Origin: Candidatus Cryptobacteroides sp.
GTDB lineage: Bacteria > Bacteroidota > Bacteroidia > Bacteroidales > UBA932
Reading direction: 5' to 3'
NCBI GenBank assembly: GCA_045599225.1
Contig: JAZRVN010000030.1
Span: 42,035-106,034 of the forward strand
Length of the DNA stretch: 64,000 nucleotides
Part shown: positions 1 to 8,473 of the stretch, in pieces
How positions within the stretch are numbered: the stretch's first letter is position 1
Layout: each line of letters opens with the position of its first letter
The notes under the pieces: generated by a model
Seen by the model: only the letters and a program-made list of their open reading frames with translations
The model's database searches: none
What the model was told of the DNA's origin: nothing
Translations under genes and position numbers: made by a program

Positions 1-2930
1 ACAGAAACGGCAGTCACGACGTATATACTATGCCTTCCGGGGGCGGAACGGCAACTCGTCTGACCTGCAATTCCGCCACTGAACTTCCCCTGGGGTTTAC
101 ACCCGACGGGAGCAAGGTATTGTACAGTGCTTATATTCAGGCGCCTGCTACAAGCGTGCAGTTCCCCCGCGCAAGTTTCACCCAGGTTTACTCCGTGCCT
201 GTACAAGGAGGGAAAAGTGTCCAGATGCTCGGGACTCCGGCACTCGCCCTGTCATACAGCCCCGACGGTTCGTTTTTCCTTTATCAGGATACAAAAGGAA
301 TGGAAGACACCTGGCGCAAGCATCATATTTCTTCTGTAACGCGCGATATCTGGAAATACGACGTGGCCACAGGCAAGCATACAAACCTTACCGCAAGGCC
401 GGGCGAAGACCTGGACCCCGTTCTTTGCGGCAACACGGTTTATCTGTTGAGCGAACCATCTAAGGGCGATGCAAAACCGCGCCCGGAGGGTTGGCAGACC
501 AGCATCAACGTGTATAGTTTCGCCATGGACAAGCCATCGGAAATGACACAGGTCTCACATTTCAAGACCCACCCCGTGAGATTCCTAAGTATGGGCGGCG
601 GCAAACTCTGCTACACCTGGAACGGTGAAATCTACACTCAGGTTCCGGGCTCCGAACCGCAAAAGGTGGCTGTCGATATGGTACTGGACGAGAATAATCC
701 CATTACAAGGAAAACCTTCTCCGGAAATGCCACCGAGGCTGCCGTCAGTCCCGACGGGAAGCAGATTGCGCTCATAATCCAGGGAGAGGTCTTCGTTACA
801 TCCGTAAATTATTCCACTACAAAGAGAATTACCGACACTCCTTCCTGCGAAACCGGAGTGTGTTTCGGAAAAGATTCCAGGACTTTGATATACGCTTCCG
901 ACAGGAACGGTGTGAGCCAGCTCTACGAGGCGAAGATTGTGCGTAAGGAGGACCCCGATTTTGCCAATGCTACTCTGATTGAGGAAAAACCTCTTCTTCA
1001 CAAGGCCGGAGTCGACCGAAGGAAGCCGAAATTGTCGCCAGACGGAAAGAAGCTTGCGTTCATAGAGGACCGCACTCGCCTTATGGTAGCGGAGCTTTCT
1101 TCAGGGAACGTAACCCAGATTACCGACGGCTCCTGCTGGTTCAGCCTCGGCGAACCCTTCGCTTACGATTGGAGCCGGGACAGCAAATGGCTGACACTGG
1201 AATATACTCCCAACGCCCACGATCCCTATTACAATATCGGCCTCGTAAGCGCAAAGGGAGGAGAGATAACCGACCTTACGGGCAGCGGTTATATGAACTT
1301 CAATCCTAAATTCACCCTCGACGGAAATGCCATCACCTTCGAGAGCGACCGCTACGGCATGCGTGCACACGCTTCCTGGGGTTCCCTGCAGGATGTGTTT
1401 ATGTGCTTCCTCAACAAAGAGGCGATGGACAGGTTCAATATGAGCAAGGAGGATATCGAACTGGCCGACACCGACAAAAAGGATAAGAAAGATTCATTGA
1501 AGATTGCGAAGGTGGAGCTTGAAGGTATCGAAGACCGCATTGTGCGTCTCACACGGAACAGCAGCAACCTTGGCAACGAGATAGTTACCAAAGACGGCTC
1601 GAAGATGTATTTCACGACAAGCTACGAAAGGGGTCTGGACTTGTGGTCTATGGACCTGAAGACCCGTGAAACACGTCTCGTATCCAAGGGTTCGAGCGGA
1701 GCTTTTGCATCCGACGCCTCGGGCAAGACCCTTTTCCTGCTCGGAAGCTCCCTTGCCAAAATCGACGGGGACAAACTTAAGCCCATAAGTTATTCTGCAG
1801 AATTCTTCCTCGACCCTGCCGCAGAAAGGGAGTCTATGTTCAATTTCGTGGAAAGGGAGGAGGCCAACCGGTTCTATTGTGCCGATATGCACGGAGTCGA
1901 TTGGAAAATGTACTGTGACGCTTACCGCCGCTTCCTTCCCCACATCACCAACAATTATGATTTCTCGGAGATGTTGAGTGAACTTCTCGGAGAACTCAAC
2001 GTTTCGCATACAGGGTCGGGATACCGCCCGACCAATACCAACGGCGAGCCTACAGGCAACCTTGGCCTGCTCTTTGACCTTTCTTACGAAGGAGAGGGCC
2101 TCAAGGTAGCAGAAATCCTTGAAGGCGGCCCCTGCGACAAAGCCGATATCGGTTGCAAGGCCGGCAATGTGATCACCCATATCAACGGCACTGCAGTTGA
2201 CGGTACTGACCTCAGCCTTCTGCTCAAGGGAACCATCGGCAAAAAAACTCTCGTGAGCGTAAAAGGCAGGAAGGACATAGTGATTGTTCCCATATCGAAC
2301 GGCGCTATGAACAACCTTATGTACAAGCGCTGGGTAAAACAGCGTGCAGCCGACGTGGAAAGACTTTCGGGAGGGCGTCTCGGCTATGTTCACATTCAGA
2401 GCATGAACGATGCAAGCTTCCGTACCATTTACAATGACCTGATGGGAAAGTACTACAAGTGCGAAGGTATTGTAATCGATCAGAGATTCAACGGAGGAGG
2501 AAGGCTTCACGAAGACATTGAAATCCTTTTCGGGGGAGAAAAATATCTGACACAGGTTGTCCGCGGGCGCGAGTCCTGCGATATGCCCTCGCGCCGATGG
2601 AACAAGCCCAGCATTATGCTTCAGTGCGAATGCGATTACAGCAACGCTCACGGCACACCCTGGGTTTACAGTCACCGGAAACTGGGCAAACTCGTAGGAG
2701 CCCCCGTTCCCGGCACTATGACCAGCGTGAACTGGGTTGACCTTCAGGATCCTTCGCTGTATTTCGGCATCCCTGTAACAGGTTACCGCACAGCCGAAGG
2801 CTCATATCTGGAGAACAGCCAGCTCGAGCCCGACGTGCTTGTTTACAACACGCCCGAAGACATAGTCAAAGGCGAAGATGCCCAGCTGCGGGCCGCTGTA
2901 GAAGAACTTCTCAGGCAAATCGACAATTAA
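1..2930 (+). CDS. Tricorn-like protease (beta-propeller repeats + PDZ-like + S41-type C-terminal peptidase domain); N-terminus lies outside the window
   Basis: ORF 30..2930 stays open in the same frame back to base 3 (RNGSHDVYT before the first Met). Repeated propeller-blade motifs are present (SPDGSFFLY, SPDGKQIALI, SPDGKKLAFI). The C-terminal region resembles S41/tricorn peptidases (IDQRFNGGG). Confidence 0.8.
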   Translation, partial: RNGSHDVYTMPSGGGTATRLTCNSATELPLGFTPDGSKVLYSAYIQAPATSVQFPRASFTQVYSVPVQGGKSVQMLGTPALALSYSPDGSFFLYQDTKGMEDTWRKHHISSVTRDIWKYDVATGKHTNLTARPGEDLDPVLCGNTVYLLSEPSKGDAKPRPEGWQTSINVYSFAMDKPSEMTQVSHFKTHPVRFLSMGGGKLCYTWNGEIYTQVPGSEPQKVAVDMVLDENNPITRKTFSGNATEAAVSPDGKQIALIIQGEVFVTSVNYSTTKRITDTPSCETGVCFGKDSRTLIYASDRNGVSQLYEAKIVRKEDPDFANATLIEEKPLLHKAGVDRRKPKLSPDGKKLAFIEDRTRLMVAELSSGNVTQITDGSCWFSLGEPFAYDWSRDSKWLTLEYTPNAHDPYYNIGLVSAKGGEITDLTGSGYMNFNPKFTLDGNAITFESDRYGMRAHASWGSLQDVFMCFLNKEAMDRFNMSKEDIELADTDKKDKKDSLKIAKVELEGIEDRIVRLTRNSSNLGNEIVTKDGSKMYFTTSYERGLDLWSMDLKTRETRLVSKGSSGAFASDASGKTLFLLGSSLAKIDGDKLKPISYSAEFFLDPAAERESMFNFVEREEANRFYCADMHGVDWKMYCDAYRRFLPHITNNYDFSEMLSELLGELNVSHTGSGYRPTNTNGEPTGNLGLLFDLSYEGEGLKVAEILEGGPCDKADIGCKAGNVITHINGTAVDGTDLSLLLKGTIGKKTLVSVKGRKDIVIVPISNGAMNNLMYKRWVKQRAADVERLSGGRLGYVHIQSMNDASFRTIYNDLMGKYYKCEGIVIDQRFNGGGRLHEDIEILFGGEKYLTQVVRGRESCDMPSRRWNKPSIMLQCECDYSNAHGTPWVYSHRKLGKLVGAPVPGTMTSVNWVDLQDPSLYFGIPVTGYRTAEGSYLENSQLEPDVLVYNTPEDIVKGEDAQLRAAVEELLRQIDN

Positions 2931-2993
2931 CACTCTTCGCAACACAGTTCTATCTTTCATTTCATCGGTAAAACCCATCTCCAACTGCAAAGG

Positions 2994-4346
2994 TCAGATG
3001 ATGTCGCCGAGGGATTTTTTGATTTCTTCGTCGGTGACGGAGTAGTTGATGAGGTTACCCCGCAGGTACTGATCATAAGATGACATATCCATCAGACCGT
3101 GGCCGGTAAGGTTGAAGAGGAGGACCTTACTCTCCCCCGTCTCCTTGCACTCGAGGGCGCGGCGGATGGTGGCGGCGATGGCGTGAGAGGACTCGGGGGC
3201 GGGGATGATGCCCTCACTCTTGGCGAAGAGCACGCCCGCTTCGAATGCCTCGATCTGGTTGATGTCAACGCCTTCCATATAGCCGTCCTTCGCCAACTGG
3301 GTTACGACGGCGCCGGCGCCGTGATAGCGTAGACCGCCCGCGTGGATGTTTGCAGGCATGAATTTATGGCCGAGAGTGTACATCGGGATAAGCGGTGTAT
3401 AACCGGCCTCGTCGCCGAAGTCGTATGCCAGCACGCCGTGGGTGATTTTGGGGCAGGACGCAGGCTCGGCGGCAAAAAACCTTGTCTTCTTCTCCCCGGA
3501 AAACACGTGCCTAAGGAACGGGAACGCGATACCGCTGAAGTTGGACCCGCCTCCGAAGCAGGCGATGACCTCGTCGGGATACTCCCCGGCCACCTCCATC
3601 TGCTTCTCCGCCTCCAGTCCGATGATGGTCTGATGCAGAGACACGTGACTCATCGTGGAGCCGAGGGTGTATTTGCAGTTGGGGGTCATCCTGGCCAGTT
3701 CCACCGCCTCCGAGATTGCCGTACCGAGGGAGCCCTGATGGTTGGGGTTGGCGGTGAGGATGTCCTTGCCCGCACGGGTTGACATCGAGGGTGACGGGGT
3801 GACCTGCGCGCCGAACACCTGCATCATTGAGCGGCGGTAGGGCTTCTGCTCATAGCTTATCTTGACCTGATAGACGGCTGCCTCCATTCCGTAGAGGCGG
3901 GCGGCATAGGAAAGGGCCGTACCCCACTGTCCCGCTCCGGTCTCGGTGGTGACATTGGTGACGCCTTCCTGCTTGCAGTACCAGGCCTGCGCAAGGGCTG
4001 AGTTCAGTTTATGAGATCCCACGGGGCTGACGCTCTCGTTCTTGAAATAGATGTGCGCGGGTGTGTCGAGGGCCTTTTCGAGACCGTAGGCGCGCACGAG
4101 GGGCGTCGAGCGATAGTAGGTATATTTCTCGCGGACCTCTTCGGGGATATCTATCCAGCGGTCGGTGAAATTGAGTTCCTGACGGGAGCACTCCTCGCTG
4201 AAGATTGCGCTGAGACTTTCCACCGTCACAGGTTTGCGGGTCACAGGGTCGAGCATCGGAGCCGGCTTGTTCGGCATATCGACCTGTATGTTGTACCACT
4301 GCTGGGGAATCTGATCCTCAGTAAGGAAGAATCTTTTCTGTCTCAT
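2994..4346 (-). CDS. TrpB-like (TrpB2-type) pyridoxal-phosphate-dependent enzyme
   Basis: 450 aa. The N-terminus (FLTEDQIPQQWYNIQVDMPNKPAPMLDP), the PLP-lysine context (SPVGSHKLNSA) and GGGSNFSG match the stand-alone tryptophan synthase beta-like family. No other trp genes are adjacent. Confidence 0.85.
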   Translation of the reverse strand: MRQKRFFLTEDQIPQQWYNIQVDMPNKPAPMLDPVTRKPVTVESLSAIFSEECSRQELNFTDRWIDIPEEVREKYTYYRSTPLVRAYGLEKALDTPAHIYFKNESVSPVGSHKLNSALAQAWYCKQEGVTNVTTETGAGQWGTALSYAARLYGMEAAVYQVKISYEQKPYRRSMMQVFGAQVTPSPSMSTRAGKDILTANPNHQGSLGTAISEAVELARMTPNCKYTLGSTMSHVSLHQTIIGLEAEKQMEVAGEYPDEVIACFGGGSNFSGIAFPFLRHVFSGEKKTRFFAAEPASCPKITHGVLAYDFGDEAGYTPLIPMYTLGHKFMPANIHAGGLRYHGAGAVVTQLAKDGYMEGVDINQIEAFEAGVLFAKSEGIIPAPESSHAIAATIRRALECKETGESKVLLFNLTGHGLMDMSSYDQYLRGNLINYSVTDEEIKKSLGDII

Positions 4347-4489
4347 TATTTAAAATCTCACTATCTACGTTATTGCTTTTTGTCAACCGTTTGGAAACCT
4401 TTGCGGAGAATCATTTGAATCCTTCGGCAATTTTACAAAGGTAAAAAATAATCCCTCTTGGTCGTAAACATTGTTCCCATAAAAGTATC

Positions 4490-5581
4490 CTAATACTTCG
4501 ACAGACGTGAAGTGACGATACCCCAAAACCTGTTCTGATCAATTTGTAAAGGCACCCTGACAATTTGACACGAGGGCGACTGCGTTTCAAAGACCTTTCC
4601 GTATGTGGGCGAAGCCGGAACATCGTCAACGTCAAGCCTTACGTCCTTATATTCGGAGATTATGCCGGAATCGATTGCGATGACCGCACTTATCAGGTCC
4701 CAGACAAGTTGGGTCGCTGATGGATTTTCTTCAAACAGTTGATATGCGTAATTACTCCTGAACAGTTTCCTGATATCCTCAGAGTCTACGGATTGATAAA
4801 CTGCCATAAACTGTTGTCGATCCATTTTGACCATATTGCAAACATCAAGGCTCACAATAGTCTGTTTCGGGAACGGTGCCCTAAGACAAACGGCAGCAGC
4901 CTCCGGGTCATAGAGAAAATTCATTTCAGCATAAGGCGTAGTATTACCGTCGCACCAGACTGCTCCTCCCATATAGATGATTTCCTTGGCTTTCGATGCT
5001 ATTTCCGGATGCGAGGCAAGCGCTTTCGCAATGTTCGTGCAGGGACCTATCGCAAGAATGGTCAATTGACCGGGGGCAGAAAGAATCTGTCTGGAAATAT
5101 ACTCAGCGGCATCTTCGGACGATGGCCGGATTTCAGGCCGGCGGCTATATCTCTTTTCGTAAAAGGACTTCCAGTCATCCACTGCCTGGTACGACAGAGC
5201 TCCGCGATACGATGCTTCTTTGCCGGGATTTGCGTCAACCTCGTCATTAAAACTGTCCAACCGCCCGGGGCGCATCGGATGTTGTGCTCCGGCAATGTAT
5301 GTCAGGTCCTCCCCTCCGCACAATTCTCCAATTCTTATCCCGTATGCCAACGCCTCCTGTGCCCAGACATTACCCGTTACGGTAGTCAGACCTTTGATTT
5401 CAACATTATCCGAAGCCAGCATTATCATAAATGCCACCCCGTCATCAAAAGCCTCCACCATATCGGAGTCGAGAAGAACTGATTTCCTGTCACCACCGGC
5501 ATTCTGCGGTATCTTCTGACATTCCGAGAAAAGGAATATGAGAAAAAGAGGGAGAAATAATAATCTAAAAGTCTGTTTCAT
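4490..5581 (-). CDS. Secreted nucleoside hydrolase (inosine/uridine-preferring family)
   Basis: 363 aa with a hydrophobic signal-like N-terminus. An Asp-rich N-terminal motif (VLLDSDMVEAFDDGVAFMIM) is typical of IUNH-family hydrolases. Confidence 0.75.
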   Translation of the reverse strand: MKQTFRLLFLPLFLIFLFSECQKIPQNAGGDRKSVLLDSDMVEAFDDGVAFMIMLASDNVEIKGLTTVTGNVWAQEALAYGIRIGELCGGEDLTYIAGAQHPMRPGRLDSFNDEVDANPGKEASYRGALSYQAVDDWKSFYEKRYSRRPEIRPSSEDAAEYISRQILSAPGQLTILAIGPCTNIAKALASHPEIASKAKEIIYMGGAVWCDGNTTPYAEMNFLYDPEAAAVCLRAPFPKQTIVSLDVCNMVKMDRQQFMAVYQSVDSEDIRKLFRSNYAYQLFEENPSATQLVWDLISAVIAIDSGIISEYKDVRLDVDDVPASPTYGKVFETQSPSCQIVRVPLQIDQNRFWGIVTSRLSKY

Positions 5582-5639
5582 TCAAATTGCCGAGTGCAAC
5601 CTGCGCAATGCAAATTTAAGATAGATTTTTGACTTAAGG

Positions 5640-6266
5640 TCACTGATGCCTCTGAAGGGCGGCAAGTGTGGTGGCGCGAAGGTCAGTTCCCGGTTCATAA
5701 TATTCTGCCGTTATTCCTTCGCGCCGGGCAGCTTCCACATTCGTGAGGGAATCGTCGATAAACAGTATTTCATCGGCCGGAAGGCCTATTCCCTCGATTG
5801 TCTGACGGTAAATCCTGGGGTCGGGCTTCAGAAGTTTCATCCGGTAGGAAAGGAACATCCCGGTAAAGATTTTCTCGGGGTCGAAGTCAACCTTCCTGAA
5901 GATATCGCGGCACACTTCGAGAGCAATCGGATTAGTGTTGCTGAGCAGATAGAGGGGGTATTGCCGCGCTATCTCCTTCAAGAACTCCACCTTCTCGGCG
6001 GGAACTCCGTGGATAAACTCTCGGAAGCACTCGTAAACCGTCTGCCGAGTAGTGCCCGGAGCAGAAAGTTCAAGTGTTATCCTAAAAAACTCTTCGGCGC
6101 CGATGCGGCCCGCCTCAAGGTCTCCCCAGAAGCCTCTCTGGTGAAAAGTGTCGATATACTCGTCTATCGATGTCATCCCCGCCTTGGTGCGGAATGCCTC
6201 CTTGCATTTATCCATATCCAGGTCAAGGATGACCCCGCCCATATCGAATGCTATGGCTTTTATCAT
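5640..6266 (-). CDS. HAD-superfamily hydrolase/phosphatase
   Basis: 208 aa. HAD motif I is DMGGV (MIKAIAFDMGGVILD) and there is a late Asp motif (LFIDDS). Confidence 0.8.
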   Translation of the reverse strand: MIKAIAFDMGGVILDLDMDKCKEAFRTKAGMTSIDEYIDTFHQRGFWGDLEAGRIGAEEFFRITLELSAPGTTRQTVYECFREFIHGVPAEKVEFLKEIARQYPLYLLSNTNPIALEVCRDIFRKVDFDPEKIFTGMFLSYRMKLLKPDPRIYRQTIEGIGLPADEILFIDDSLTNVEAARREGITAEYYEPGTDLRATTLAALQRHQ

Positions 6267-6316
6267 TGTTCTGAAATTGAGAGAGCAAATTTAATCAAAA
6301 CTCCCGAGATATTTCT

Positions 6317-6324
6317 TATCTTTG
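6317..6324 (+). promoter_or_regulatory. Bacteroidetes-type -7 promoter box (TATCTTTG) for tRNA-Leu
   Basis: Exact TAnnTTTG match 12 nt upstream of tRNA base 1. I found no clear -33 TTTG. Confidence 0.45.
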
Positions 6325-6370
6325 CACTCACAAAAAGCCTTGGTGGTGGAATGGTAGACACGAGGGACTT

Positions 6371-7092
6371 AGACAGCTCTTTGAAATAATTATTTGGAAA
6401 ACTCGATTTTGATACCTACTTTTATATATTATAATATGAAAGCAAAGTATACTATTGAGGACTTAAAGAGTGCAGTCATTGCGAGTAAATCCATAGCAGG
6501 TGTTCTTAGGGAACTTGGCTTACGACCAATTGGTGGCAATTACAGAACAATCCATCGATTAATCTCCAAAAATAATATTGACATTTCGCATTTTACAGGT
6601 CAAGGTTGGAATATTGGTTTAAATTTTAAGCCCAAAAAGGCTATACCAGATTCTGAAATATATATTGAAAATTCAGAATATAGGTGTTCCTGGAGGTTAA
6701 GAGAACGTTATAAAAAAACAACAGGGATCTCTTATTGCGAACATTGTAAGTCAAAGGAATGGATGGGGCAACCTATTCCTCTAGAAATTCACCATAAAAA
6801 CGGCATCAATACTGACAATCGCTTGGAAAACTTACAATTACTGTGTCCTAATTGTCATGCTCTAACAAATAATTATCGAGGAAGGGCACTTTTGAGTGCA
6901 CTCTCTGAAAAGAGGGATGTAGAATGTCGTAAATTCAAGGAAACCTTAACGGGTAATGCTGATGGCAATCTTGAGCCAAGCCTTTAAGAAGGAAGGTGCA
7001 GAGACTAGACACGACACACCTAAAGAATTGTCTATGGTGAAGGAATAGTCCAGACCACAAACAATACCGGTGGCGAAAGCCATAGTGGCAAG
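6371..7092 (+). ncRNA. Group I intron (IC3-like ribozyme) inserted between U34 and A35 of tRNA-Leu(UAA)
   Basis: The 5' exon ends in U and the intron ends in G (7092). Candidate guide sequence TTTGAGT (6891-6897) pairs with ACTT|AGA across the 5' splice site, with a U-G wobble at the junction. A P2-like hairpin is CTCTCT-GAAA-AGAGGG (6901-6916). AAATTCAAGGAAACC (6931-6945), GGCAATCTTGAGCCAAGCC (6964-6982) and AAGGTGCAGAGACTAGAC (6993-7010) match my memory of the Azoarcus tRNA-Ile and Anabaena/plastid trnL intron cores. A GGC-GAAA-GCC hairpin lies near the 3' end. Confidence 0.8.
6436..6987 (+). CDS. Intron-encoded HNH homing endonuclease
   Basis: The HNH/zinc-ribbon motif is CEHCKS..LEIHHKNGINTDNRLENLQLLCPNCHALT. 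I placed the first ATG at 6436; the ORF-track start at 6394 is a TTG. About 33% GC by hand count of four 60 nt lines, against about 50% in the flanks. The gene lies wholly inside the intron. Confidence 0.85.
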   Translation: MKAKYTIEDLKSAVIASKSIAGVLRELGLRPIGGNYRTIHRLISKNNIDISHFTGQGWNIGLNFKPKKAIPDSEIYIENSEYRCSWRLRERYKKTTGISYCEHCKSKEWMGQPIPLEIHHKNGINTDNRLENLQLLCPNCHALTNNYRGRALLSALSEKRDVECRKFKETLTGNADGNLEPSL

Positions 7093-7145
7093 AAAATCCC
7101 TTGGGCAGAAATGTCCGTGTGAGTTCGAGTCTCATCCGAGGCACA

Positions 7146-7177
7146 AGCAGCAATTCTCAGGAGTTGCTGCTTTTTTA
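7146..7177 (+). terminator. Rho-independent terminator after tRNA-Leu
   Basis: AGCAGCAA-ttctcaggag-TTGCTGCT followed by TTTTTTATTT. Confidence 0.75.
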
Positions 7178-7185
7178 TTTCCCTC

Positions 7186-7219
7186 TTGCGCAGACGCGAG
7201 TGACTCGCGTTTTGCGCAA
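7186..7219 (+). repeat. 34 bp palindromic repeat, copy 1
   Basis: TTGCGCAGACGCGAGTGACTCGCGTTTTGCGCAA. Outer arms are TTGCGC/GCGCAA and inner arms are CGCGAGT/ACTCGCG. Other copies are at 33079 and 57315. Confidence 0.85.
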
Positions 7220-7295
7220 CTTGCTGCATTCCGCTACGGCACGCGAGAATCTTTTCCGTGCCTCGAAGGCGTAGAGCGGCAGTAAGACTTTGATT

Positions 7296-8291
7296 TCAGT
7301 GTACCTCCCAATGGCCGCCCTTGTCGGGGCCTATCCTGAAGATAACGCCTTCTGATTTCAATTTTGACAGATGTTTTTCAATTGCCTTTGCGCTGACACC
7401 AAGAGCTTCCGCAAGGGTGGCGGTGGTCATATTGCTGTTTTCTCTCAATAATCTGACAATTTTCTCCCTACTCTTTTCTTTTCCCGGAATAGGTGGCAAT
7501 GTTTCTCCCGTCGATTCAAGATATGCCTGAATATCCTTTTTCAGGTTGCGAATCATTTCATCAAGAATAAACTGGCGGAATATCTCTTTGTTCCCGGCTT
7601 CTCTTGTTTCTATCAGAGCATTAATATATTGCTCCTTATCTTCTTTGAGAATTTTAGATGGAATCAGTCCGAACTCGAACTGAATCATATTCATCAGCAG
7701 CCGGGCCATTCGTCCGTTGCCATCCGCCCACGGGTGAATGGTCACGAGGTCATAATGGGCGTCAAAACTGAGAAGATATTGGTCAATTATAGTTTTTCTC
7801 CCCACTATTTTCCTCGCTTTATTCAGTTCATCGCAGAACTCTTTCAATTTGCCGGGGACCTTACTGAAGCTCATATAAGACTTCCCGCCAATGCCTGCCG
7901 TCACATTCACAAGTCTGATATCACCATTCGCAGATGAAAATTCCCCCAAGGCCGTTTTGTAAACCTGCCCGGTATTCTTCATGGTAATGGAGGAAAGTTC
8001 TTTCAAAAGATTGACAGTGATTTCACTGTGACTTCCGGCATATTCCAGACACCTGTCATAGGCGGCCTTGAGATCAAGATTCATATACTGCTCTATCAGA
8101 GTCCTTCCTCCGGCACTGATACCTTGATCAAACATCAGCTGATTCTCAATTTCGGTAACTGTTGATCCTTCTATGGCAGTAGAATGAGTAATGATGGAAT
8201 ACAGATAGAACTTTTCATAGTCTATCTGTCTGTCGATTCCCAAAGTCCTGTATTGGACAAGCAGCGATTCCAGTTCCTTTTCCTTTGTCAT
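7296..8291 (-). CDS. Fic-domain protein (AMPylase family) with N-terminal inhibitory motif and C-terminal winged-helix HTH
   Basis: Fic motif HPWADGNGRMARLL. The inhibitory (S/T)xxxE(G/N) motif is STAIEG. The C-terminal HTH-like region is NMTTATLAEALGVSAKAIEKHLSKLKSEGVI. A -7 box TACCTTTG lies on the minus strand at 8312-8319. Confidence 0.85.
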   Translation of the reverse strand: MTKEKELESLLVQYRTLGIDRQIDYEKFYLYSIITHSTAIEGSTVTEIENQLMFDQGISAGGRTLIEQYMNLDLKAAYDRCLEYAGSHSEITVNLLKELSSITMKNTGQVYKTALGEFSSANGDIRLVNVTAGIGGKSYMSFSKVPGKLKEFCDELNKARKIVGRKTIIDQYLLSFDAHYDLVTIHPWADGNGRMARLLMNMIQFEFGLIPSKILKEDKEQYINALIETREAGNKEIFRQFILDEMIRNLKKDIQAYLESTGETLPPIPGKEKSREKIVRLLRENSNMTTATLAEALGVSAKAIEKHLSKLKSEGVIFRIGPDKGGHWEVH

Positions 8292-8473
8292 ATCTTATAA
8301 ATAAGTTGGGACAAAGGTAGAAATATATCGTTAATATTCAAAGTTACACCCTACTTATTGATTCTATTTCAACACGGGAACATAATCAGGTCTGCGAATG
8401 TTTCAGATTCTGTTTGATCATCCGTCTGCGCGGATGAAAACGTACAGCCACCCTCTTGAGGCGTTCCCACTTC

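Larger units (their letters stand above)
6337..7143 (+). tRNA. tRNA-Leu(UAA), split gene: 5' exon 6337-6370, 3' exon 7093-7143 (85 nt when joined)
   Basis: Hand fold. Acceptor GCCTTGG/CCGAGGC pairs 7 of 7 (one T-G). D arm is GTGGAATGGTAGACAC. Anticodon stem is AGGGA (6363-6367) / TCCCT (7097-7101). The joined loop is C-T-T|A-A-A-A, giving anticodon TAA. A long variable arm GGGCA-GAAA-TGTCC marks a type II tRNA. T arm is GTGAG-TTCGAGT-CTCAT, discriminator is A, and no CCA is encoded. Confidence 0.85.

Noticed and set aside
1494-2675. 393-aa ORF on the minus strand
   Set aside because: It is antisense to the tricorn-like protease gene and has no recognisable features.
6367-6373. Reading the 5' half as an uninterrupted anticodon loop CTTAGAC, which would give tRNA-Leu(TAG)
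   Set aside because: The sequence after 6373 cannot complete the anticodon stem. TCCCT, the variable arm and the T arm appear only at 7097 onward. The U|...G|AAAA junctions fit group I rules and give anticodon TAA.
7032-7037. CTATGG as the intron 3' end, by analogy with the Azoarcus intron that ends ...CUAUGG
   Set aside because: Splicing there would attach TGAAGGAATAG..., not the tRNA 3' half. The extra 55 nt look like the P7'/P9 extension seen in Anabaena-type trnL introns, with AGTCCA and a GAAA-capped hairpin.
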